Shown one piece after another: positions 26,181 to 38,332 of a stretch of DNA of 64,000 nucleotides; within the stretch, counting starts at the first letter, position 1; each line of letters starts with the position of its first letter. The DNA comes from Chara braunii (lineage: Eukaryota; Plantae; Charophyceae): contig BFEA01000004.1 of the NCBI GenBank assembly GCA_003427395.1, forward strand, positions 4,637,773 through 4,701,772, given 5' to 3'. The notes beneath the pieces were generated by a model. That model did no database searches, had not been told where the DNA came from, and worked only from the letters and a program-made list of their open reading frames with translations. A program made the position numbers and the translations under genes.

Positions 26181-27796
26181 AACGGTCGCCTACCGTTGTC
26201 CCTGGTGGAACGACATCGGGGTATGGGATTGTGAGAACTAGACAAAACGAGAGGTTTTTGTTGAGCCTTTATGGTTAATCGATTGAAGGTGTTGGATGGA
26301 AAGCGAGTAAGGGTTGTTTGTGTGAGTTGGTTATGTTCGGTGCGGCAAGGGTGGCGCGAAAGGGACAAGTTTTCACTATGCGCCCACGTACGTTGACTAT
26401 GCGCGCACGTACTTCGATTATGCACCTGCGTACCTTGACTAGTATGACGATAGTTGGAGTGGATATCTCTTCGGATCCCGATGGTTGATGGGTTTGGATG
26501 ATGACTTGCATGCTTGGTACAACTAAGGTAGGATGAGGTTGTATCAACAAAGCTAAGTGTGGTGGTTGCGGGAGTTGGCCGCGTAAGGTGCTCATAATGG
26601 CTAAGGGAAGTTACCCGAGCGGTCAAGGGTGCAGTATAGCACTTTGGCTTTACGGCGAGGCATAGGATGAGTAAAAGCAAGCCTACTATGTTAGAAGTCG
26701 TCAAGGGACTTCGATGAGAGTTAGGCTAGGGATGTTGAAAGCCTGTATGAGTATGAATTGGGATCCTGGAATTTAGGTTCTAAGCAGTTGCTCGAGTCGT
26801 ATAGCCATAGAAGTCTGAGGCTTGCTCCGCATGGCATGCTTGAAATTAGGCGTATAAGGCAGTAAAGAGATGCAGTGAGTACCGTGGTAAGGCCCCAATA
26901 GAAAGGACTACGGGAAGTAGTAGACTTGTATGACGCCTGATAGTGGAGGGTATATTATGTTATTTATGGTAGACCATTGCTTTGAGCCCCTTCCAGGTTT
27001 GGATCATCCACTTAGGAAGCTAAAAGACTTGAGACCTTTTGTTTTGAGAATGCCATTTTGAGTCGTATATTGGACTCATCCATGGATGCCAGACCTTGTA
27101 GGCCTAGTTTACGCCTAATTATATGGAGTTATATGTTTAATTAGATACCCTTTTCAGGAGTATTTCGTGTGGGTTATCTTATTGGGATTATATCGGGGAT
27201 CTGATCAATCTGTAGAAATTTATATGAACGACTCCAGTCCAGCAATTGGCTCATGGTTGGCCACTACAGTCTGCATGTATAGATGAACAAGCTAGTCGTG
27301 ACTGCACCTAAAGTATGTACACATCTAGCTCAGTCTCTATATACAAGAAACCCTGACCTTACTGACGTATAGGCGAACCAGTCCTCACTCACTCACTGCC
27401 CCCTGGTTTCAGCTATACGGCTGGCCTATCTACAACCTAAATTACTTTACCGGACCATTATAGCGAAACTCCTCCCCATATCTAACCTATACACATATAC
27501 ACATCAAAGTACATGTCTGCCCTGACTCACATAATATACAACTAGCCAGTACAGGGTTAGGGTCACGCAACGGTTAGCCTGCTACTCCAATTTCCAGATC
27601 AGTACACATACAACTAGATTTTTACCAACAACGAACCCAGGATCTAAAGCATTCGATTACCAAAACTTCCCAACTCAGGGGTTAGGATGAATCCCCACTA
27701 CATCCTACTGTACTTTCTCTGCCCTAGTCATCTCATCTACCCTCTCCGCGCTCTTGATCATCTGGCTCACCCTAATGGTCATCTCATTCAGCGCCA

Positions 27797-30127
27797 TCAT
27801 GCACCTTTCTTCCTTGAGCCCCACTTATGGTTTCGTTGGCCCCTGTCGCGACCTTCGGCGCCTTGCCTGTCATTCCCACGGCCTCTATTGCCGCGTCCAC
27901 CATTTCCACGGCCCGTATTGCCACGTTCACCATCTCCACGGCCCGTAGTGCCACGCCCGCCGTCTCCATGGCCCCTTCCACCTGTCATACTGCCTTGCAA
28001 AACTTGTCGAATCGGTGACCACAACGGTCCGACCGGCTGGATTTGGACTGGTGGGGGTGCACGGGGCATCGTGTTCATCAAAGGGCCCATATAATTGCTT
28101 TGCACCCAGGGTATGTAAGGATTATATGCCGGCCATAAGTTCATTCGGTTACACGGTGCCTACTGCCCATGCAAAGTTTGCTCCATCGGAGGAGGCCCCT
28201 TTGGTCCTGCCTCGCTTTCCAACTCTCGCGGGGTAATTGCTACCTGTCGCGAACTCTGCTCCTTTTCGGTACCTTGACCGCTCTGAGTGAGGTTCCTTGC
28301 CTTCCGCTGCGCCTTTATCAACTTGGGAGGCTCAAGCTCCCCTTTTTCTCCCGTCACGTCCTCTTCCTCACTTCCTTGAGGGGTATGGCCAGTCTTTCCC
28401 CCACAATCACATACCACATTTACCCAGTGCTCTGGCCACCACCCACTCTTTTGCCTCTCCCGACCTGTAGTTAAAGATGCTTCCACGTTAATGAGCCCCC
28501 TCTTTGGATCCGGTGCAATAACAGGCAGGGTCATATTAGCGTTCTGCTCCTCCTTTATTTCCTCCTCCCTCTTGCCTTTGTCCTTCACCTGGACACTGGC
28601 TCGCCTCTTTGCGGTCCCTATCGAGAGGGGTAACTCTTGATCATCCTTCTCTACTCCTCTTTCACTCTGGTCAGTCGACTTACTTGGGGAGTCTTCTGAT
28701 ACCTTTCATTTGCTCTTCCTCGCCTCTTCCAGCCGTGCTAACGTCTCTTCCAATACTCCCACTTGTCTCTGCAACCCGCTTAATTCTGCCTACGATGGTG
28801 CCCCCACAACTGACGGCACAGAGCACTCCCTACGTTGGCCTTCTATTTCACCTTTCGGGAATCTTAGCCTTAAGGAGCTTTCCAACTCATCCCACGTCTC
28901 CGCCTCCTGCTTAAGGGCATATACCTCCTCACTCAGTCCTTCACAAACGAACAAGGGGAACATGTACCGCATCGCCTTCTTGTACCACATCTTCACAAGG
29001 CAAAAATCCCGAAAGTCACGCAGAAAGCCAGACAAGTTCCTTCCTTGGAATAGTAGGACACGCAGATCTGGGGGCATTGACTCCTGCAACACTTCGCGCA
29101 GCAACACCTTCATGAGGCACGACTTCCTCCAACGCAGGATCTTGGCGAAGCCGCTTTCCTCCACCATGATGCTAGCAGCAGTCTGATACACATAGCGGGC
29201 AATAGATCATCAAGAAGTAATTCAAGTAAGCTCAGGCAGACAAAGGCAAACTGCTAACACTTACATTATGCTATCTACCCTTTCTCTCATGCAGTCTGGC
29301 CCCAACCCCTAGTTACCCTGACGCTTACCTTTATACGGTAATGGATAGAGAGACGACCATGGCCGAGTCATAAAAGAAGCGCATTTAGTAGAGAAAGGAG
29401 ACATTCCCTATCGGCCTACTGCTGCCCGAATCTCCTCCCAATCTACATTCCCCTCATTCGGATCATGAGACGAGGCGTATACGTCCACTGTATTGGCCGT
29501 GTTCCTGAGCCACTGACTAAGGGGCAAGAAGCTCGGGTCTAGATATAGACCATATATCAATTCACATGTGTATCGCCCATACTCCCAATCTCGCGCCCTC
29601 AGAGCAGCTTCAGCCGCCGCCTCTACCCTCGCCTGCCCACCAAAACTCTTTTCTATCAGGAACTCAGGCAGGATTACTTGTAGCGGAGCAGATGGAAACC
29701 CGAACTCTCCAGCGCGCTTGACCTATATATGGGTCAGTACTTGCTCTTCCCCGTCACGGGACGCTTCCCTCGCCCACTTCGCTACAGCTGCCTCGGCTAC
29801 ACTCAAAGGCTTAGCAAGCAGACTCTCATGTCTAAGCGCCAACTCTATCCCATGATCGATCCAGAATGAGGGCGAGGCGTACAGCGCCACCCTTACAATT
29901 GCACACTCCTGCTCGTCATCGAACCCAGACTCGATCCAGGCAAAGATGTCCGTGCCCATCAACATTCCCCACCATGAAGAGTGGTACTCTCCCGCTCTGA
30001 CCCGACTGGGTAAAGACACCTCGAGCCCTCCCTCTTTCTCAACTGGCCCGAGCATACGCGGGTCTTCCCGTGCATAAGGCATCCTGAGTTGCCTTAGCTC
30101 TGTCTGGGCTCTACCCATCACAGACAA
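27797..30127 (-). pseudogene. Antisense ORF remnants in the internal region; one is gag-like
   Basis: Four successive minus-strand ORFs; 28790-29191 has FQGRNLSGFLRDF...TWDELESSLRLRF, resembling a retrotransposon capsid N-terminus; 27797-28144 is RG-rich. Confidence 0.45.
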
Positions 30128-32103
30128 ACGTTCAACGTACGCCTTCCGTTATTAAACTGACAATCCCTACATCCTCTGGCGGACGAATCTTTTGTTTCTT
30201 CTTTTTGTGTGACTTAGGTGGTTGTATCTAGATGTGTGATACGTTGGCGTGTACAGCTAGGATAGATTCGCATGGTTTGAGTTTTGTGTATGTTTGGGTA
30301 TATTCAAATATATTTGTGTGTTCGAGACATGGGTTACTCAGTAGAGTGGGACGTGAGGGTTGGGTACCTATGTTATTTTCAAGAGAGACATTTTATCCTG
30401 GTGTACATATTGAGTTGAGACCCTATGGGGCTTGGTTTTTGTGACGATCACTCTCACTCTCACTTGTGTGGCTTTATCCTGATGAATGTTGGCTTTGCGT
30501 GAAAGATGTGTGAATGTGTGACATGTAAAGCTGCCTACTCCTCGGTATACTTGTGCGACCTGCTCACGGGCAGCTGATGAGGCAGAGTATAAGGGGAGGA
30601 AGTGCAGCCCATTTGTGAAAAATTGTGAGGATTTTTAGGAGATTTATGAGTCTTTGAGACTCGGGTGCTTCACCATGCCGGTTGTTGATTGCTTAAGTTG
30701 TGATGAAGACCCATAAGGTGGTCTCTCAGTGATGTTTGGTTCTATGATGAGACCCCCTCGGATTTTTGGAGGAGGGGATGTTTTGTTCTGTAATAAGATC
30801 CCCTTGGATTTTTGGAAAAGGGGATGGGTTTATTGTCGGAAGACTCACCTTTAAAGGTGGGTAAACTGATTATGGCATGGTAAGCAGTGTTTGAGTTGAT
30901 AAAGTTTGACGAGAAGGGACCACGTTTGCTTGAGATGTTTGAGAAAGTCGCAAGAGAATGCAGGGCGAGAGATCTCTCCAGCGAAGGATGCCATGACTTT
31001 GATCAAGTCAGGAGTCACGGCCTTGTGGACCTAGCGGTGATTTTGTTTGTGATTGTGCGAAGGATGCCATGGCTTTTGCGGGAGAGCTGGTAAATGCCTT
31101 CAGACCCCTACGTAATTGCGTAGTGGGCCCGTGATTTGTTTTTCGACGCTCCGTCTAACCACTTGTGCTAGTTCTGAGGCATATTGAGGAATATCAAGCT
31201 AAACGGTAAAGGTTAGTACCTCTAGGGCGTAACCCCAGGGGATGGCTGCGAGTCGGCGCAACCTGGCTGCGGGACCGCGGAGTAAGAGCTTAAGGAGTTG
31301 CCCGCCCCAGTGAAATTACTTCGTGGGATAGTGAAGGTTGAGGTTTTTGGGAAATCCTGATTGAATGCTTATCAGGAGAAAACCCGTCGTTGCGTAACCA
31401 ACGAGGCTATTGCCGCTAAAATAACAATGCGGTGGGCCGTAGTCCCGGTCCGATCATCCAGGCTATGGTGGGCCAAGATGGAGACCTAGCCTTTCCGTAC
31501 TAGATTTCAGAAAGAGCTGAGTGGATATTAAGTACACAACTATACGTATGTGTATTTGATTGCGCGAGATTTTCTGAGAAGGAAGGTTGGAGTGCCTTCA
31601 GAGGTCTCGGTTAAGGCCCGCGTCCCTAATCTTGGCCAGGAACAAGGACACCCAACGAGAAGCCGAAGGTTGTCTAGGACCGGATAGAGGACGATTGGGG
31701 AGGTCTTTAGAACTTATGCTGTCAGTGTCCCAATGTCTGGGCGGTGAGGGGCCCGGATTAGAAACCTGGCAGCATATAGTTGTGGAGGCATGGTTTGATG
31801 GACGCCTCTACCCTGTGTTTGTCGGCTGATCGGATTGGCTCCTTCCTCGTCAGCATTTGGAGTGTGGATGAATTTGTAGCTTTCTGATTTGGCGAAGCGA
31901 CGGGGACGTCGCTTAATATGGTCCGGTAAGTTGTCGGTGCGAGTACCCTTACAAGGGTATCCGCCCTGGTTTTTACAAATGACAGGAAATAAGTCTGGAT
32001 CAAAGTCTAAGTATACCGCGCTAGTCGTGGCCGCGTCTGTGATTTGCGTTGTCTGGATGGTTGACTAGAGTAAAGAGTGCGTGGGCGCGCAGGTTTGAGG
32101 AGT

Positions 32104-33174
32104 TGTCGAGCGCATCGATCCAGCACCACACGAGGCAGCGTGGGACCCTCCCGGCCGCGTCACGCAGGAGTTGGTTTTAAATCCTTCGTCGCGAATATAC
32201 ATGGAGCTTCCATAAGCCGATCCAGCCGAATGCGCCAGCCATACCTCTCGCGAGCCCCTACGACAGGATAGGGTCTACGCGAGGCACAACTTACCTCCAC
32301 CTTACTGAAGCTGTCACCTCCCTTCGGTGGGCGTATCCCCGCCGAGCTACCAGTCCACAATACGAAAGCTAATCAGTTGCAATCGCAGAGGTGGACCAGC
32401 CGATNNNNNNNNNNNNNNNNNNNNNNNNNNNNNNNNNNNNNNNNNNNNNNNNNNNNNNNNNNNNNNNNNNNNNNNNNNNNNNNNNNNNNNNNNNNNNNNN
32501 NNNNNNNNNNNNNNNNNNNNNNNNNNNNNNNNNNNNNNNNNNNNNNNNNNNNNNNNNNNNNNNNNNNNNNNNNNNNNNNNNNNNNNNNNNNNNNNNNNNN
32601 NNNNNNNNNNNNNNNNNNNNNNNNNNNNNNNNNNNNNNNNNNNNNNNNNNNNNNNNNNNNNNNNNNNNNNNNNNNNNNNNNNNNNNNNNNNNNNNNNNNN
32701 NNNNNNNNNNNNNNNNNNNNNNNNNNNNNNNNNNNNNNNNNNNNNNNNNNNNNNNNNNNNNNNNNNNNNNNNNNNNNNNNNNNNNNNNNNNNNNNNNNNN
32801 NNNNNNNNNNNNNNNNNNNNNNNNNNNNNNNNNNNNNNNNNNNNNNNNNNNNNNNNNNNNNNNNNNNNNNNNNNNNNNNNNNNNNNNNNNNNNNNNNNNN
32901 NNNNNNNNNNNNNNNNNNNNNNNNNNNNNNNNNNNNNNNNNNNNNNNNNNNNNNNNNNNNNNNNNNNNNNNNNNNNNNNNNNNNNNNNNNNNNNNNNNNN
33001 NNNNNNNNNNNNNNNNNNNCGGGTCCTGCCTATCCAGTATCGGACGCAGTCTGTGTGTTGACAGTTCATGGGTGTACCAACTGCGCTATGCCCATGGGTC
33101 CTGGCGCGTCCCAGAGTCTCAATTGGAAAGGAGAGAAGGACGTCAAAGTAAAAACAAGGATAAAAAAAAAGAAG

Positions 33175-33215
<41 letters not shown>

Positions 33216-33682
33216 ATTAACGGGTAGGGGAAAGGGAGCTGCGGACACCTCGCCAGCCCTGCAAGTCGGACCTATCGCCGCGCCCGCCAACATAACCAGA
33301 GGGGGATAGCCTTGGCGGCCCTCAACCCCATCGGTCCCTTCCGAGACGCTCCGCTGCAGTTGCTGCGCCGACGCCTGCTGGCCTCGATCCCCGAACCTTC
33401 GTAGCGTCAACCCAATGCCGTAACCTATAGGGCTAAGCCCAACTCTGAAACTAGCGCCCGCAGAGTACCATACAAGGTAGTGCGGCGCGGCGCTTTGGGC
33501 CAACAAACCGGCTGCGCGGTTCCCAGTGCCTGCCCCGGCTTGCTTATACCATGCCATAATTGCCCCGTGCGCCATCCTGCGACACCCCGCTCGCCGCACG
33601 AAGTCGCGCCGTCGTTGCCGATGCCGTCGTCGGGGTCGTTCTCCGCACTCGCGCTCGCCTTGTAAGGGTATTCGCACCGACA
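32104..33682 (-). mobile_element. Nested inverted LTR of the same family (middle lost in N gap)
   Basis: Starts TGTCGAGCGCATCG (reverse complement of LTR 3' end) and ends GGGTATTCGCACCGACA (reverse complement of LTR 5' end). Confidence 0.8.
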
Positions 33683-36600
33683 GCGCGCGTGATTCCGTTT
33701 CTACCATTGGTTATAAAGCCGTCGTGGACGCCGGTCGGTTCGTTTCTAATTTTACTTCTATTCTATTTTTGTTTATTCTTGATTAGACTGGGGTTAAGGA
33801 TATTCTTTCTTGGTCGGTATGTTTGATTGAGCTACGCGTGCGTACGGAGGACGACCTTGACGGCGGCGGCGACGACCGCGGTAGGTCTTGGCACGCGGAG
33901 TGGCCCGAGTGGCGGCCATGGTACAGCCTGGTAAGTCGGCGCAGACGCTGGGCGGCCGCGCGCACGGTTGTAGGCAGAGACGAGGCTCGCGCCAATTTCC
34001 TTGGCCCTGAGCGACGCGCCGCACCGCCTTATATGGCACTCCGCTGATGTTGGTCTCGGACTTGGGCTCAGCCCTATGGGTTACGATATTGGGTTGACAC
34101 GGCGGAGGTTCGGAGATCGAGGCCAGCGGGCGTTGGCACGGCAACATCGGAGCAGTGTGGAGCGAAACCTGAGGGGTTGAAGGCCTTGCGGGGCTATCCC
34201 CCTCGGTTTTGTTTACGGGGGCGGCGGCGGGCCTAATCCGCGGGGTGGGCAAGGTGCCAGCAGCCCCGCGGTTCCCCGACGGCTTATTGTTTTTTTTCCC
34301 CTTTTGTTTATTGTTCTTGGTCCCTTTCTTATCGCGTCCCGTTTAGGGACGCGAGACTACGATAGGATCGCGTGGGGTGTGTTGCATTCGTGGGATTACC
34401 TTAAGTGCAATTACAAGTTATCTCTGTGACTGCGCCGAAAATTGCCCCTGTTTTATTACGTTCTTCTAGTAACCCGACTGGTTCTTTACCACGTCCAACT
34501 CTGGGACGCGGTACCATGGCAGGCGCCGGGACCCAAGAGCCTAGCTTGGTGGGTATACCATTGAACTGTTGAAATACATACCTGTGTTTGAATCCAGATG
34601 ATGGAGCTTGACGCATAAAGCCCAGGGTTCAAGGCTGCTCGGGCCTGCGCAAGCTGAGAAGTGCCACGGGGGTAGGGCCCAGGCCATGTCCTCGGGACAT
34701 CTGTTAGAGATTGGAACGTTACAGGGAAGGTTAGCGCGGCCCCTGTGCAAGGGCCAAGAGCATAAGTTGGCAACCCAACAGCCAACTACTTTTCGTTTTC
34801 AGTTTTTGAGTGTCAAGGGCTGCCTCTCTACCCGTTTGGAGTGCATAGTGGCGGAGCAGCGGTAGGATGGACAGCGGGCGCTAGCGTTAGGCCAGAGGGG
34901 TGTGAGGTAGTGAAGGAGGAGGCAGGCAGCGAGCGGCGGGCGCCGACACAGCAGGGCGACGGGCAGGAGGAAAAAGGTGGGGATGGGGGTGAACCCGGAC
35001 GGGTACGTGCGCCTGATGCGCAATGAGGGAGATGGGCGCTATGTGACCAGCCGCAGCGAGAGGCGAGGGCGCTGGCACTGTAGAGCGGCAGCACTGACAC
35101 TGTGGCACGGTGAGGCGACGGGCTGCAACAGGGAGGAGTAGAGAGACGATAGAGGGGGTGAACCTGGGCATGTTTTCGTGCCGGGTTCATTCGGAGCAAA
35201 CGGAGATGGCAGTGAGTAGGCTGGGCGCAGCCTGTGACGGGCGGGGTGCTCGATTCCCAATGGAATCGAGCAAGGTAGGAGACGAGACTGCGGTTTCAAA
35301 GGGGGGCGAACGTAATCCCGGGGCCAGATTTGGTGGTGGATCAGTGGATTTAGAGGTTAGTGAGAGAGGAGGAGCGTCGGGATATGGCGGGGGGAGGAAA
35401 AGCGAGGAGTGAAAGATCGAGATTTCACCCGATTCTGGATAGAATAGAGTGGGAGGAGGTGGTAGAGTGCGGTTTTCAGGTCGGGCGAGATCAGTGGTAC
35501 TGTTAGTTTTAACTATAGATGAGTAGGATGAGAGTTAGTAAAGGCAACGGCTGCGCCGGGATATGGCAAATGGACGAAGGAGAGGAGCGGGAAAGGAAAT
35601 TTTTGCTCGATTCTCAGCGAAATCGAGCGGGGCAAAGTGTTGGATGGAGGGTTGGGTAGCCGCGAGTTAGGTAGTAAGGATAGTTTTGGGTGTTAGTGGG
35701 CGGACTTAGCGATTCGATAGAGAGGAGCCGCGCAGCAAGGGAGGAGCGAGTTGAAGTGCCATGTATTTGGCCGTTTTTTTTCTTTAAATTCATTGCATGT
35801 TTATATATCTTTGCTTTTGTTTTTTTTTGTCAGTGTTGTTTGCTTATACTGATGTTAGGAAGCAACCTTTCTGGCCGAGATGTTAGAGGTATGGCCTGAT
35901 TCTGAGCGAGAGTGGTGGAGAGAGGGGGCACCTACCTGGGTGGGGAAGGAATCGGAGTCGGGAAGCTGCCACCCGCCGGACCAGGTACACTGGGATGGGG
36001 GCCGCTCGGATTCTGGAGGACTGTACTGCCGATGGGTGATGACGCACGTTAGACGAAGTGATTGCTGACTCACGGGGTGGTAGGAGCCAGCAGTCGCGGG
36101 GCGCGATCGTGGCAGGGGTGGGGTGCCCGGACATCATCGTCTGTGCTCTACTGCTGGCCGGCGTACAAGTGTGTCACCCGCCTCAATAGCTAGAGTAGTG
36201 TGTGCGTGCCCCTGGTGGTGGCGACAGCCTGCAGGAGTCGGGATCCTAACGTGTCTGAAACTGTTGCCCTTAACCGTGTGCGAGCCTGCTGGTGAAGGTT
36301 GGGGGTTGCTGCAGTTAAGTCCGATTGATGTTGCTGTTGCCCGGTGATGCTCGTGGTTGCGGTGGACCACGGCGCCTAGCTGCTGCATGTGACAACCTGC
36401 GCACACTGTCCTGGGAGGATTACTGCAGTCATCGTAAGGGAACAGTACTGTAGGAGTGAAGGAAGGGCTGACAACAGCTAATGTTAGCTGTTGGCCACGA
36501 CATACTACGGCTAGCCGCTGCGAATAGTGGTTGTTGTCTATTGGTTGGGCCCGGATGCCGCTTCTCCTAGACTGCGGACTATGTTTTCAGTAGGGGTGAG

Positions 36601-37494
36601 GGACTGGTGAAGGACGAGGCTGCTGCGTATTGCAGCTGTTGCTAACTGCGCGGAGTGTTTGCATATTGTTTGCTGCTGCTGCGGACTGCGGCACGACTGC
36701 TGGCTGTTACGGCAGACTGTACACGGGCTGGTGCCGTAGACTGTGCGTTGTTGCCGCCCTTGGCTGTCCACAGACCACGACTGACTGGTGGAGGCCGTCT
36801 TCGGTTGGCACCTGCTGTTGACTACTGTTGACTGTTGCAGGCTGCGGCGCTGCGGTGGATGGGCGCAGGGAAGTGGCCGGGCTAGAAGGAGGGGGTTATT
36901 GTTGCGAGTTGGGGAATCGTCAGGAGAGTTGAGTTTAATAGTTTGACTTTGGACTGATTAAGCAGTACTCTTGGCCATCATTGCGGGGCCCTCAGGCGCT
37001 GAAGACTTCAAGGCCCTCTCACACGAGTTAGAGTGCACCCCTCTTGTATCTGAGAGACTCAAACCTCTTCTTCTACCCTTCTTACTCTCATTCAAGTCCA
37101 TTGGTCCGGAGAGGAAGGCGGCAGGCAGGATTGCAACCTGTAATCCGCGTCAAGGCCTCTGTGGGAGGTTCGCCCCCCGATCGCGGGAGCTCTGCCGGAA
37201 CTTAGGAGGAGTTCTGGAGGTAGGGAACTTAGAGGTAGCCCTTGCATTCCCTTATAAACTCAGTATAACCCCTACCTATACACCTCCATATATATTGACT
37301 GACTGTATTGTATGCAACCCTTACTTTGACTTTGGGATTGACTTTCAGGACTCAAATTAGGCTAACTAAAGGAACGCATGTATAATGGCAGTTTTAGTTT
37401 CCTTGATTGCCTGAAAGCAAATTGTCAAAGGGGGTTGCATAAGGGGGAAGGCTGGGAGGAAGGCAGTTTTGCTTGTGATTGAACGGGTCTTATA

Positions 37495-38332
37495 GGGTCA
37501 GGCATTGTTTCTAAGATGAATGGCCTGACTGCTATGTTTTGTTCTGTTTTCTGAAGGACCGAGCATTGTTTCTAAGACGAATGGCTTGGTCGCTGTGTTT
37601 CTTTAGTTGTGTCAGACATTGTTTCTAAGGTAAATGACCTGGCTGCTTTGTTTTTTAGGGGTATTGGTTGCTTGACTTCTGAGGAACAGACATTGTTTCT
37701 AAGAAGAATGGTCTGGTGCTGCTTACTTGGGTGGTTTCCGAACAGTCTCTAGGTCAGCCCAGGGTGCTCTGCTTTTTTGTGTGTGCTGAAAAAAGGAGAG
37801 CCGAGTATCGTTTCTAAGACGAATGACTCAGATCTCTTTGGTTGTTTTATTCTGAGGGAGGGTTCAGGCCACAGGACTAGACATTGTTTCTAAGACGAAT
37901 GGTCTAAGTCTGAGGCCACAGGACTATAATGAGAACAAAGGAATAAGATTCTCTATAATGTTATATATATATGTACCTATATGCGAACAAGGCTAGTCAG
38001 GCATTGTTTCTAAGACGAATGGCCTGACTATAGCCTTATCACAAGCGAAAGGAGTATAATCAAGAGTTATAACTAAAGGTAACCTGGGCAGGCTGAGCCT
38101 TGTTTCTAAGACGAATGACCTAGCCCTACGCCCTCCTTTTGAAGACTAAGGTGCATAAAGATATATATAACTTGGCTATTTAAACAGTTCATGACGACTA
38201 ATCATGGTTTCTAAGATGAATGGCTTAGTCATATGCCCAATGATGAAAAAATTAGTTGTTCAACTTGTTCGTGTATACCTAAGGCAGAGGCTTGACATTG
38301 TTTCTAAGACGAATGACCAGTCCCAATGCCCT
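37495..38332 (+). repeat. Hairpin array, 3' LTR copy (10 units)
   Basis: Same core from 37503 to 38296, same unit order as 22960-23790. Confidence 0.92.

Noticed and set aside
32327-33309. ORFs spanning N runs (also ~11.5, 17.1, 55.3 and 61.1 kb)
   Set aside because: Open only because of assembly gaps.
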